Below, in pieces: positions 1 through 7,920 of a stretch of 16,059 bases of DNA (positions are counted from its first letter, which is position 1; each line of letters starts with the position of its first letter). The notes under the pieces are model-generated. The model worked only from the letters and a program-made list of their open reading frames with translations, did not search any database and had not been told where the DNA came from. The translations under genes and the position numbers were made by a program. Source of the DNA: Desulfuromonadales bacterium (lineage in GTDB: Bacteria; Desulfobacterota; Desulfuromonadia; Desulfuromonadales; SZUA-540); NCBI GenBank assembly GCA_033549025.1, contig JAWSUS010000038.1:1-16059 (forward strand), read 5' to 3'.

Positions 1-42
1 AACGGCTTCCGGTCGCCCGACGAAATCCGTCAGGCGGCATAA
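1..42 (+). CDS. C-terminal 13 codons of a putative transposase (partial)
   Basis: AAC GGC TTC CGG TCG CCC GAC GAA ATC CGT CAG GCG GCA TAA lies directly before the putative terminal inverted repeat. Confidence 0.5.
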   Translation, partial: NGFRSPDEIRQAA

Positions 43-77
43 TCTAAACTTGTGTCCAAGGAACCGGTTCCGCTACA
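1..77 (+). mobile_element. Right end of an insertion sequence, probably IS3 family (truncated by window edge)
   Basis: Frame +1 reads NGFRSPDEIRQAA-stop (TAA 40-42), resembling the 'xGYxSP' C-terminal tail of IS3/IS481-type DDE transposases. It is followed closely by TGTGTCCAAGGAACCGGTTCCGCTACA (51-77), which ends in CA like an IS3-type right inverted repeat. The left end is not visible. Confidence 0.6.
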
Positions 78-104
78 CAATTAACATAACGCCCGACACA
101 GAAC

Positions 105-150
105 AAAAAGGAGGTTGGTCCCCTCTATACGCCTAGAGAACCAACCCCTT
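105..150 (-). terminator. Intrinsic terminator of the cytochrome pair
   Basis: Minus strand reads AAGGGGTTGGTTCTCTA-GGCGTA-TAGAGGGGACCAACCTCC-TTTTT. This is a long imperfect stem plus U-tract about 65 nt after the stop at 217. Confidence 0.7.
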
Positions 151-216
151 ACAGGATATTGGCTATTCTGTTCACCAACAGCAAGCCCCGGATGTCAGCT
201 GCGCGAGAAAGATTTC

Positions 217-1074
217 TTAATTCTCCGGCAGGGTCAGCGAATGCGCATCCCCGTGACAAGCCTGACATCCGGTAAACTTCTGCAACATTGCCTCGCTATG
301 TGGCGCACCGTGACAGGTTCCACAGTCGGGGACATGACCGTGATTTTCAGCATGACAGGCAACGCAGTTCAAACCTGTATGTTTGCGGGGACTCGCTTTG
401 TGAACCGCCGCAACCGCCCCATGACAGTCCGCGCAGATTGCGTTGTCAACCTCTGTGCCATATTGAATCTGGCGCGGTGAATGGACAGGATGACAGCTCA
501 AGCAATCCGGATTCGACACAAATGTCGTATGTGGGGTCGGATGGCATTCATTGCACCCCGGCTTGTACCCGTGGCGGGTATGATGGCATTCGGCACAAGA
601 CAACAAGGTATGCTGGCTGGCAAATTGGGCGAGATCCTTGATCTGACTGCCGTGGCAGGTGTTGCAGTTCTTCTCGAGCGTCATCAGGTCGGTGAGACTG
701 TTCACAGGGGCATGGGCATTAAGGTGGCAATCGAGACAGTCCTTGAAATTGGGGCCATGTGCCTCACCATGGCACTGATCGCATTGAGGAACTACCTGCT
801 TCCAGTCGCGTCCCGGCTTCCAGGTGTGAAAGGTTTCATGGCATTGGGCACAGTGCATCTGATGCTTGCCGCCACCATCGCGGATATCCGTAAAGACCGT
901 CATATGGCACTGGGCGCATTCGAGGGTGGACAAAGGCTTGACCGGTTGCTGATAGATGCTGGCGGCCTCACCGGAAGTTGCAGCATGAGAGCGCACACCT
1001 CCATCAATGAACAAGCCAGCCAGGATAACCAGCGAGGCACTGATAATAAATATAAAAGACTTTCTGTTATTCAT
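217..1074 (-). CDS. Exported dodecaheme c-type cytochrome (12 CxxCH)
   Basis: Twelve CxxCH motifs counted: CAQCH, CAQCH, CDQCH, CLDCH, CNTCH, CAECH, CNECH, CLSCH, CADCH, CVACH, CGTCH, CQACH. The N-terminus is basic then hydrophobic, ending ...VRSHA-A. ATG 1074 is preferred over 1080 because AGGGG lies 6 nt upstream. Confidence 0.93.
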   Translation of the reverse strand: MNNRKSFIFIISASLVILAGLFIDGGVRSHAATSGEAASIYQQPVKPLSTLECAQCHMTVFTDIRDGGGKHQMHCAQCHETFHTWKPGRDWKQVVPQCDQCHGEAHGPNFKDCLDCHLNAHAPVNSLTDLMTLEKNCNTCHGSQIKDLAQFASQHTLLSCAECHHTRHGYKPGCNECHPTPHTTFVSNPDCLSCHPVHSPRQIQYGTEVDNAICADCHGAVAAVHKASPRKHTGLNCVACHAENHGHVPDCGTCHGAPHSEAMLQKFTGCQACHGDAHSLTLPEN

Positions 1075-1119
1075 GGACATCCCCTGTACAAATCAAGATT
1101 TACTGCCGGTAGATATGCA

Positions 1120-1141
1120 GGGACGGCATAACTGCCGCCCC
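1120..1141 (-). other. Intergenic stem-loop between the two cytochrome genes
   Basis: Minus strand GGGGCGGCA-GTTA-TGCCGTCCC forms a 9-bp stem with one G-U and no U-tract. Confidence 0.45.
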
Positions 1142-1150
1142 CGTTTGATC

Positions 1151-1948
1151 CTACTTGGGCATATCCAGGACATGGGCGTCGAGATGACAGTCAAGACAAT
1201 TCGGGAACTTGCTGTGCATGCTCTTGCCGTGAGGTTCGCCATGGCAGGTGGCGCATTCCGGCACTACCTTATGCTGCCCTTTGTGACAGTAGGCGCACAA
1301 CAGGGCCCCGTGCTTCCTTGAAGTGTTGGCCAAATCCTGGCTGACATCGCCATGGCAGCTGCCGCACAGAGGCGACGGCAGATCATCGGCGTACTTCACG
1401 ACCAGGGGCATATGAGGCTTATGGCAGCGCAGGCAGTCCTGATAGGTCATATCGCTGGAATGAGGTGCATGGCACTCGTTGCAGGCGGTAGCCTGGCCGT
1501 GGGTACTATGACATTCCTTGCAGTCAAGCTGCGCGTGCAGGCTGGGATTGGCGGCCATTTCCTGGCCGGGGCCGGCGTGGCAGGTGATGCAGACGGGCTT
1601 CACCGAAACGATCTTCGTAAAATCCATCGCCATGGGATAATGAGGATAGTGGCAGGTCTGGCAATTCTCCAAGGTATAATGGGTCTTTTCGCTCCCATCA
1701 TGGCACATGCTGCATTCAGGGATAGCGTTACTTCCCATGGGAGGATGTTCCAAGTGGCAATCCTGGCAAGTTACTTCCGTCTGGTGTTTTCCACCTTGGG
1801 TGTTGACATCTCTCACGGCCTGCACATGGCATTTAATACAATCTTTGTTTTCAAGCGGAACAACATGCTTACTGTCCTCATCAGCGGCCATGGCTGTGGC
1901 GGGGAGCATCAGGGCGATGCCGAAGATCATCAGTGCAAACTTTTTCAT
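1151..1948 (-). CDS. Periplasmic dodecaheme c-type cytochrome (12 CxxCH)
   Basis: Twelve CxxCH motifs: CIKCH, CQDCH, CSMCH, CQTCH, CITCH, CKECH, CNECH, CLRCH, CGSCH, CAYCH, CATCH, CLDCH. Sec signal peptide MKKFALMIFGIALMLPATAMA-A. GGAGG RBS at 1953-1957 supports ATG 1948. Confidence 0.94.
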   Translation of the reverse strand: MKKFALMIFGIALMLPATAMAADEDSKHVVPLENKDCIKCHVQAVRDVNTQGGKHQTEVTCQDCHLEHPPMGSNAIPECSMCHDGSEKTHYTLENCQTCHYPHYPMAMDFTKIVSVKPVCITCHAGPGQEMAANPSLHAQLDCKECHSTHGQATACNECHAPHSSDMTYQDCLRCHKPHMPLVVKYADDLPSPLCGSCHGDVSQDLANTSRKHGALLCAYCHKGQHKVVPECATCHGEPHGKSMHSKFPNCLDCHLDAHVLDMPK

Positions 1949-2457
1949 TTTTCCTCCCTGTGTCACGTGGTTTCACTCTGAAATTTCATAAAAAGGACAA
2001 CTTCTGCGATTAAGGATTCCTGCAAATCTGCGCAAGTTATTTGAAACATAAATTCAAGCCGCTTCAATACGACCTGCCGAAGCCCGGCGCCAAAAAGAGC
2101 AATAATATGTTTTTCTTAAATCAAAATTGATTAAAGAGGTTGCGAAAAGTTTATACCCAAGGCGATGCCCCATGATGCTGCCCTGTAGTGTGCATGCAGG
2201 GTCCATACCCACATTGGCAGAATCTAAGACACAATCACTTTCTCATTATTAAAAAGATACTTAGCACCGACATGAATCTAATAACCAGCTGCCTTATCGG
2301 GCAAATACCATGCAAACTGGTCAATTCCCCTAACCTGAACAGGGCAAAAAACCTTTTTAACCCTTTTCAAATTATTGTCAGGCTTAAAAGTTCGATTTCA
2401 CCACAAGACAAAACAGCAGGCATAGATAGAACAGTATCGGTTCGCGCAATCCCGGCG

Positions 2458-2488
2458 AAAAACGACCCTGGTTGAGGCCAGGGTCGTT
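2458..2488 (-). terminator. Intrinsic terminator ending the tup/moe/moa operon
   Basis: Perfect 11-bp inverted repeat AACGACCCTGG-N6-CCAGGGTCGTT followed by a short T run on the minus strand, about 35 nt after the mog stop. Confidence 0.8.
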
Positions 2489-2523
2489 GCGGAAGAACGG
2501 ATTGATGAATAAAGACAGGGTCT

Positions 2524-3012
2524 TTAAGAAGTGGAGCAATCGCTTTGATCGCCGCGGATTTTGGCGATGGCATGGGGAAGAGCGGGCCAGACGGCTTCGA
2601 GATTTTCCAGGGCGCCTTTGGGGCTGCCGGGGAGATTGAGAATGAGGGTCCCCTGGCGGATGCCGGCTACAGCACGGGACAGGGCGGCCCGGGGGGTGAT
2701 CTGCAGACTGCGCAGCCGCATGAGTTCGGCCAGGCCGGGTATCAGGCGGTCGACTACCCGCTGGGTGGCTTCCGGGGTGACGTCACGGGGAGAAACCCCG
2801 GTGCCGCCAGTGGTCAGCAGCAAGTGAGGCGAGACCTGCGCGGTCCAGTGCATAAGCCGGTCAGCGATTTGCGCTTCTTCGTCGGGGATGATTTCCAGGG
2901 CGACGGTAGAGACGCCGTGCTCCTCCAGCCACTGCTTCAAGGCCGGACCGCTGGTATCGACCCGCTCGCCCCGCGAGCCCTTGTCGCTGATGGTGAGAAT
3001 AACGGCCTTCAT
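2524..3012 (-). CDS. mog: Molybdopterin adenylyltransferase (MogA/MoaB family)
   Basis: Motifs ILTISD...DTSG, LLTTGGTGVSPRDVTPEA, SRAVAG and NLPGSPK. The start ATG 3012 overlaps the moaC stop (ATGA), which shortens the ORF-track call. Confidence 0.92.
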   Translation of the reverse strand: MKAVILTISDKGSRGERVDTSGPALKQWLEEHGVSTVALEIIPDEEAQIADRLMHWTAQVSPHLLLTTGGTGVSPRDVTPEATQRVVDRLIPGLAELMRLRSLQITPRAALSRAVAGIRQGTLILNLPGSPKGALENLEAVWPALPHAIAKIRGDQSDCSTS

Positions 3013-3491
3013 CCCTGCGCCTCCCGCCGGTACAGGCCACTCTTGCCCCCTTCCTTCAGGAGCAGCGCCACCTCGCCGATGGTGATGGCGCGATCGACCC
3101 CTTTGCACATATCGTAGATGGTCAGCGCAGCGACGGACGCCGCCACCATAGCTTCCATCTCCACGCCGGTACGCTCCACCGCCTTGACCGTCGCCTCAAT
3201 GCGAATGCGATGGTTGTCTTCATCGAAGAAGAATTCGATCCCCACCGCGTGCAAGGCCAGGGGATGAGCCAGGGGAATAAGATCGGGGGTCTTTTTGGCG
3301 GCGGCGATGCCGGCCAGCCTGGCCACGGCGAGCACATCCCCTTTCTTCATTTCCCCCTGGCGAATGCTCCGCAGGGTCGAAGGGCTCATGGAGACGCAGG
3401 CCCCGACGACAGCACGACGCAGCGTCGGCGCCTTGGCACTGACATCGACCATGATGGCCTGCCCCTGCTCGTCAAAATGGTTGAAGGACAT
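3009..3491 (-). CDS. moaC: Cyclic pyranopterin monophosphate synthase MoaC
   Basis: Motifs HFDEQGQAIMVDVSAK, KKGDVLAVARLAGIAAAKKT..LIPLAH, TGVEMEA, LTIYDMCK and KEGGKSG. AGGAG RBS. Confidence 0.96.
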   Translation of the reverse strand: MSFNHFDEQGQAIMVDVSAKAPTLRRAVVGACVSMSPSTLRSIRQGEMKKGDVLAVARLAGIAAAKKTPDLIPLAHPLALHAVGIEFFFDEDNHRIRIEATVKAVERTGVEMEAMVAASVAALTIYDMCKGVDRAITIGEVALLLKEGGKSGLYRREAQG

Positions 3492-3520
3492 TCGTCACTC
3501 CTGGGTAAAAAGGTTTGATC

Positions 3521-3709
3521 TCAGACTTTTTTTTCCGCTGAATCGTCAACGCGCTGGGCTTCCTCCAGCGGTTCTTCCTTGAGGCCCGACTTGAAGTTGC
3601 GGATGCCCTTGCCGAGAGCGCCGCCGACCTGGGGCAGCTTGCCGGCGCCGAACACAACCATGACCAGCACGAGAATGATGAGGAGTTCCTGGGTTCCGAG
3701 TCCAAACAT
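3521..3709 (-). CDS. tatA: Twin-arginine translocase subunit TatA/E
   Basis: [40 protein letters not shown] shows a TM helix, the FG hinge and an amphipathic helix. AAGGAG RBS. Confidence 0.94.
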   Translation of the reverse strand: MFGLGTQELLIILVLVMVVFGAGKLPQVGGALGKGIRNFKSGLKEEPLEEAQRVDDSAEKKV

Positions 3710-3754
3710 ATGCTATCTCCTTAATGTTCCTTTGGGGTAAAAACGATAAAAAAC

Positions 3755-4210
3755 TCAGTTGGCGGATTCGCGACCGCCCTCCTGCAGGCGAATAGGGTCG
3801 CCGGGCCGCACGAGCCCGCCTTTAAGCACCCGGGCAAAGACGCCCTCCCGCGGCATGACACAGTCACCGGCCTGGTAGTAAATGGCGCAGCGGTTGTGGC
3901 ATTCCTTGCCGATACGGGTGATCTCCAGCAGTGCCGCCCCCAGGGTCAGGCGGCTGCCGATGGGGAGGGCCGTCAAGGCAATACCGCGGGTAACGATATT
4001 TTCAGCAAAGTCGCCGGAGCCCAGGCGCAAGCCTTTGGCACGCATGGTGTCGATGCTCTCCTCGGCCAGCAGACTGACCTGCCGATCCCAGTCGCCAGCG
4101 TGGGCGTCCCCGACAATGCCATGGTTTTCCTTGAGCAGGATCGAGTCGACGGGCTTTTTCTGCTCGCCCTTGTTTTCACTGATGCAGACGGCGATTACCG
4201 ATGGTTCCAT
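3755..4210 (-). CDS. Stand-alone MOSC-domain protein
   Basis: Motifs GIVGDAHAG, RQVSLL, GDFAENI, IGKECHNRCAIYYQAGDCVMPREGVFARVLKGG. AGGAG RBS supports ATG 4210 (MEPS); the ORF track starts at 4228. Confidence 0.88.
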   Translation of the reverse strand: MEPSVIAVCISENKGEQKKPVDSILLKENHGIVGDAHAGDWDRQVSLLAEESIDTMRAKGLRLGSGDFAENIVTRGIALTALPIGSRLTLGAALLEITRIGKECHNRCAIYYQAGDCVMPREGVFARVLKGGLVRPGDPIRLQEGGRESAN

Positions 4211-4243
4211 GGGTTGATCTCCTGGCATGAATGGCGCAGCCTT

Positions 4244-5221
4244 CTAGCCGCCGATGGTGGACATGGAGAAAGCCGGGCCGCGCTCGCTTTCCTCGTCGAG
4301 ATGATGTCCCGAGGCCTTGCCCTTTACGATGTCGAGCAGGGCCCGCTGCACGGCCGGCATATCGCCACCGTGCAAAGCAGGTCGTAGATCCACAGCCTCG
4401 CCGGAAAAAAGACAGCTGCGCGCCTTTCCCGTGGCCGTCACCCGGATGCGGTTGCAGCTGTCGCAGAAATGACTGGAAACCGGAGTGATGATGCCGAAAG
4501 TGCCGGCGGCCCCGTCAAGGCGGTAGTCACGGGACGGCCCACAGAGAGCCCCCCGTGACAGCGCCTGATACGCATATTTTTCTCCGATACGGGCCAAAAT
4601 CTCCTCGCCGCGCACCACCTGCTCCTGCCAGCCGGCGTCCTGAATGTTGGGCATATATTCGATAAAACGGACGCTCTGCGCCTTCGCAAGCGTCATAGCG
4701 GCGAAATCCACCACTTCATCATCATTGATGTCGCGCATGACGACCATGTTGAGCTTGACGGCGAGCCCGGCCTCCTCGGCGGCGGCGATGCCAGCCAGCA
4801 CCTGGGTCAGATCGCCGCAGCGCGTGATGCGACGGAAACGTTCGGGCTGCAGGGTATCCAGACTGATGTTCACTCGCTTCACCCCGGCGGCCTTCAAATC
4901 GGGCGCCAGCTCGGGCAGGAGGATGCCATTGGTCGTCAGCACCAGCTCTTTCAATCCCGGCAGCCTCGAAAGTTCGCTCAGAAATGGGATGAGCCCCTTG
5001 CGCACCAAGGGTTCGCCGCCGGTGATGCGAATCTTCTCAATCCCCAAAGACACCGCCGCCCGGGCCACACAGTGGAGTTCTTCGTAGCTGAGAATATCGT
5101 CGTGGTCGAGCTTGGCAACACCCTCCGCCGGCATGCAATAGCGACAGCGCAGATTGCAGCGATCGGTGACCGACAGACGCAGGTAGTTGACTTTACGATT
5201 GAATCCGTCCAGAAGTTCCAT
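4244..5221 (-). CDS. moaA: GTP 3',8-cyclase MoaA (radical SAM)
   Basis: YLRLSVTDRCNLRCRYCMP (CxxxCxxC), RITGGEPL, C-terminal cluster FCDSCNRIRVT...SCLF and terminal ...STIGG. Start ATG 5221 (MELLD) follows AAGGAAAG. Confidence 0.96.
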   Translation of the reverse strand: MELLDGFNRKVNYLRLSVTDRCNLRCRYCMPAEGVAKLDHDDILSYEELHCVARAAVSLGIEKIRITGGEPLVRKGLIPFLSELSRLPGLKELVLTTNGILLPELAPDLKAAGVKRVNISLDTLQPERFRRITRCGDLTQVLAGIAAAEEAGLAVKLNMVVMRDINDDEVVDFAAMTLAKAQSVRFIEYMPNIQDAGWQEQVVRGEEILARIGEKYAYQALSRGALCGPSRDYRLDGAAGTFGIITPVSSHFCDSCNRIRVTATGKARSCLFSGEAVDLRPALHGGDMPAVQRALLDIVKGKASGHHLDEESERGPAFSMSTIGG

Positions 5222-5327
5222 CCAGCTCTTTCCTTTTTCGCGGCGGACAGCCAAAACAGAACCGAATTTACCCGATAATCATACACCAGGTTCTTTTCGC
5301 CCCGCACCCTTTTCTTTGGCCCCGTAC

Positions 5328-6521
5328 CTAGTCCAGGAGATAAACGTCCACTAGGGTTCCCGCCGCAACCCGATCCTCATCTCCTGGCAGGATGGCGATT
5401 CCCTCGGCCCGCACCATGGTAGAGACCATCCCCGTGTGCTGGTCACCGGCGCTGGCCGCGTAGAGGATATCCCCGTCCTGCGTCAGGCTGACCCGCATGA
5501 ATTGCAACCGTCCCTTCTTTTTTTTGGTGGACTCCCGCAAAACGGCTCGAACGGGGGGTTTTACAGGGTCTATACCGCCGCCGATGCGTTCCAGGGCAGG
5601 CTTCACCAGAAACTCAAAAGTCATCAGAGTGGAAACAGGATTGCCCGGCAACGAGAAGACCAGACAATCGCCTTTGACCCCAAAGGCGGTGGGATGCCCG
5701 GGCTTGATGGCCACCTTCCAGAAGAGTTCACGCACACCGAGGTCGGCCAGCACGTCCCGCACCAGATCCCTGTCGCCGGCCGAGACGCCGGCCGAGGAGA
5801 TGAGGATATCGGCCTTCAGGCCTTCAGCCAGTTTCAGACGCAAACTGTCCACCTCGTCGCGGGCGATCCCTAACAACAGCGGTTCTGCACCCGCTTCACG
5901 GACAGCGGCAGCCAGCGACAGAGAATTGCTGTTGATGATCTGGCCCGGGGCGGGCATTTCACCCAGTTCCACCAGTTCGTCCCCTGTGGAAAGGATGGCG
6001 ACCCGCGGGCGTCGAAACACCGGCACGAAAGCCTGTCCGAAAGAGGCCAGCAGATTGATGCCGTCCGGGCGCAAACGGGTTCCGGCGGCCATAAAGGGTT
6101 TTCCCAGGGCGACATCCTCCCCCTGGCGACGAATATGCTGTCCCGGCTCAACCCTGGCCGTCAGCGTGATCCAGCCATCCGCCTCGGCAACCTCTTCGAC
6201 GGGCACCACGGCATCGGCCCCGGCCGGCAGGGGGGCGCCGGTCATGATACGGATGGCGCCGCCCTGCTCCACCTTCTCGCGGGCCGGCGCCCCGGCAGGA
6301 ATATAGCCGTTGACCTGGAGAGGTTTCGCGGCCCGGCAGTCCCGCGAGTGCACGGCAAATCCGTCCATGGCCGAGTTATCCCAGGCCGGCAGATCCCAGG
6401 GGGCGCACACGGCCTCGGCCAGCACGCGCCCGCAGGCCTCGGCCAGGGAAACACGTTCCTTCCCCAGGGACCGGGCCTGGCCCAGAATGATCTGTCGGGC
6501 CTCTTCAAAACGTATCACCAT
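5328..6521 (-). CDS. moeA: Molybdopterin metal (Mo/W) insertase MoeA
   Basis: Motifs NSAMDGFAV, IRIMTGAPLPAGADAVV, STGDEL, INSNS, SAGVSAGDRD, IKPGHP and LPGNPVS. AAGGAG RBS. Confidence 0.95.
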   Translation of the reverse strand: MVIRFEEARQIILGQARSLGKERVSLAEACGRVLAEAVCAPWDLPAWDNSAMDGFAVHSRDCRAAKPLQVNGYIPAGAPAREKVEQGGAIRIMTGAPLPAGADAVVPVEEVAEADGWITLTARVEPGQHIRRQGEDVALGKPFMAAGTRLRPDGINLLASFGQAFVPVFRRPRVAILSTGDELVELGEMPAPGQIINSNSLSLAAAVREAGAEPLLLGIARDEVDSLRLKLAEGLKADILISSAGVSAGDRDLVRDVLADLGVRELFWKVAIKPGHPTAFGVKGDCLVFSLPGNPVSTLMTFEFLVKPALERIGGGIDPVKPPVRAVLRESTKKKKGRLQFMRVSLTQDGDILYAASAGDQHTGMVSTMVRAEGIAILPGDEDRVAAGTLVDVYLLD

Positions 6522-6534
6522 CCAGATAACTCCT

Positions 6535-7224
6535 TTACATCGCTCTTTTCAAAGGGCAGGACAACGCGTTGATCAGCCTCCCCCCGTTCAATGAAATCAC
6601 CTCGCTGCCCAGTCGCTCGGGCTGGCCGGGGTCATGGGTGGACATGACAATGGCCGTCCCCTGTTCGGCACAGAGATCACGGAGCCGTTTCTCGAACAGG
6701 GCCAGATGCCCCACGTCGATATTGGCCAGCGGTTCGTCCAGGAGCAGCACCCTGGGCTGCAGAACCAAAGCACGGGCCAGGGCTACCCGCTGGATCTCTC
6801 CCCCCGAAAGCGCCCGGGAGGAACGCTGGGCAAAGCCCGCCAGACCGACGGATTCCAGCGCCGCCTCAATGCGGGCGGACCGCTGAGCACTGGCCATATT
6901 CCGCAGACTCAGCCCGAAAGCCAGATTGTCGTAGACGCTCCCCTGAAAAAGATAGGGCGCCTGCTGAACCAGGGTCACTTCACGGCGCAGGCTGGCGTCG
7001 GCCAGGCCGCCGCGAAAGACAACGGTCCGGCCATCAAACCGCAACAGGCCGCGCGTCGGGGGGGCCAGCAGGGCCAACAGGCGCAGCAAGGTCGTCTTGC
7101 CGGCCCCATTCGGCCCGGTCAAACAGTAAAACCGCCCTGTTTCAAGAGCCAGGGCATTGATTTCCAGCCGGAAGGCCGGCCCCACGGCGACCTGAATATT
7201 TTCCAGAGAAAGAATCGGCTGCAT
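6535..7224 (-). CDS. tupC: Tungstate ABC transporter ATP-binding subunit
   Basis: Walker A GPNGAGKT, signature LSGGE, Walker B LLLDEP and H-loop STHD. Directly downstream of tupB. Confidence 0.88.
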   Translation of the reverse strand: MQPILSLENIQVAVGPAFRLEINALALETGRFYCLTGPNGAGKTTLLRLLALLAPPTRGLLRFDGRTVVFRGGLADASLRREVTLVQQAPYLFQGSVYDNLAFGLSLRNMASAQRSARIEAALESVGLAGFAQRSSRALSGGEIQRVALARALVLQPRVLLLDEPLANIDVGHLALFEKRLRDLCAEQGTAIVMSTHDPGQPERLGSEVISLNGGRLINALSCPLKRAM

Positions 7225-7227
7225 AAA

Positions 7228-7914
7228 TCACCTCTGTTGCAGAACGTTCATGGCCAGGTTGACGAACAGCGCCACCCCCAGCAGGATGAGGCCCAGCGCC
7301 AGGCCGAAAGCGAATTCCCCTTTGCTGGTCTCCAGGGCAATCGCCGTAGTCATGGTGCGGGTATGGTGGCGGATGTTACCGCCAAGCATCATGGCCACGC
7401 CGACTTCGGCGATAACCCGGCCGAAGCCGGCGATAACTGCCGCCATGACGCCGAAACGCACTTCCCGAAGCAGCATCCAAACGCCCCGCAGCCTGCCCGC
7501 CCCCAGGGTCAGGGCCGTGCTCAGAATGCGGGAATCGGCCCCCACCACGGCGGCCAGGGTATAGTTGGCCACAATGGGCATTGCCAACACCATCTGGCCC
7601 AGAATCATGGCGGCCGGGGTAAAGAGCAGCCCCCACTCCCCCAGTGGCCCCTGCCGGCTGAGAAAGCCATAGAGTACCAGACCCACCACCACCGTCGGCA
7701 GGGCCATGAGGGTGTTGAGCAGGGTCAGCACCAGCCCCCGGCCGGGAAAACGGCTGATTCCGACCAGAGCGCCAAAGGGAATGGCCAGGATCGCCGCCAG
7801 CACAATGGCCACCAGGGAGGTGTAGAGCGAGGTCCATACCGTGATGACGACCTCGCCGTCAAAGGCCAGAATCAGCGCCAGCGCTTTTTGCAGAGAAGTG
7901 AAGATAAAATCCAA
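7228..7914 (-). CDS. tupB: Tungstate ABC transporter permease
   Basis: Multiple TM helices with TupB-type motifs LMALPTVVVGLVLY, GFGRVIAEVGVAMMLGGNI and TRTMTTAIALETSKG. TTG start. Confidence 0.92.
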   Translation of the reverse strand: MDFIFTSLQKALALILAFDGEVVITVWTSLYTSLVAIVLAAILAIPFGALVGISRFPGRGLVLTLLNTLMALPTVVVGLVLYGFLSRQGPLGEWGLLFTPAAMILGQMVLAMPIVANYTLAAVVGADSRILSTALTLGAGRLRGVWMLLREVRFGVMAAVIAGFGRVIAEVGVAMMLGGNIRHHTRTMTTAIALETSKGEFAFGLALGLILLGVALFVNLAMNVLQQR

Positions 7915-7920
7915 AACCGC

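Noticed and set aside
2114..2137. FNR box or IHF site
   Set aside because: The half-sites are in ATCAA..TTGAT order with a 2-bp spacer, not TTGAT-N4-ATCAA, and WATCAA-N4-TTR is not matched. Kept only as an unassigned dyad.
2300..2317. Sigma54-like TTTGCATGGTATTTGC on the minus strand upstream of the cytochromes
   Set aside because: The spacing fits but the invariant -24 GG is TG, so it was not called as a promoter.
2188..2573. Short ORFs 2188..2475 (+) and 2367..2573 (-)
   Set aside because: No clear RBS or recognisable motifs; they overlap the terminator or the end of mog and lie in AT-rich intergenic DNA.
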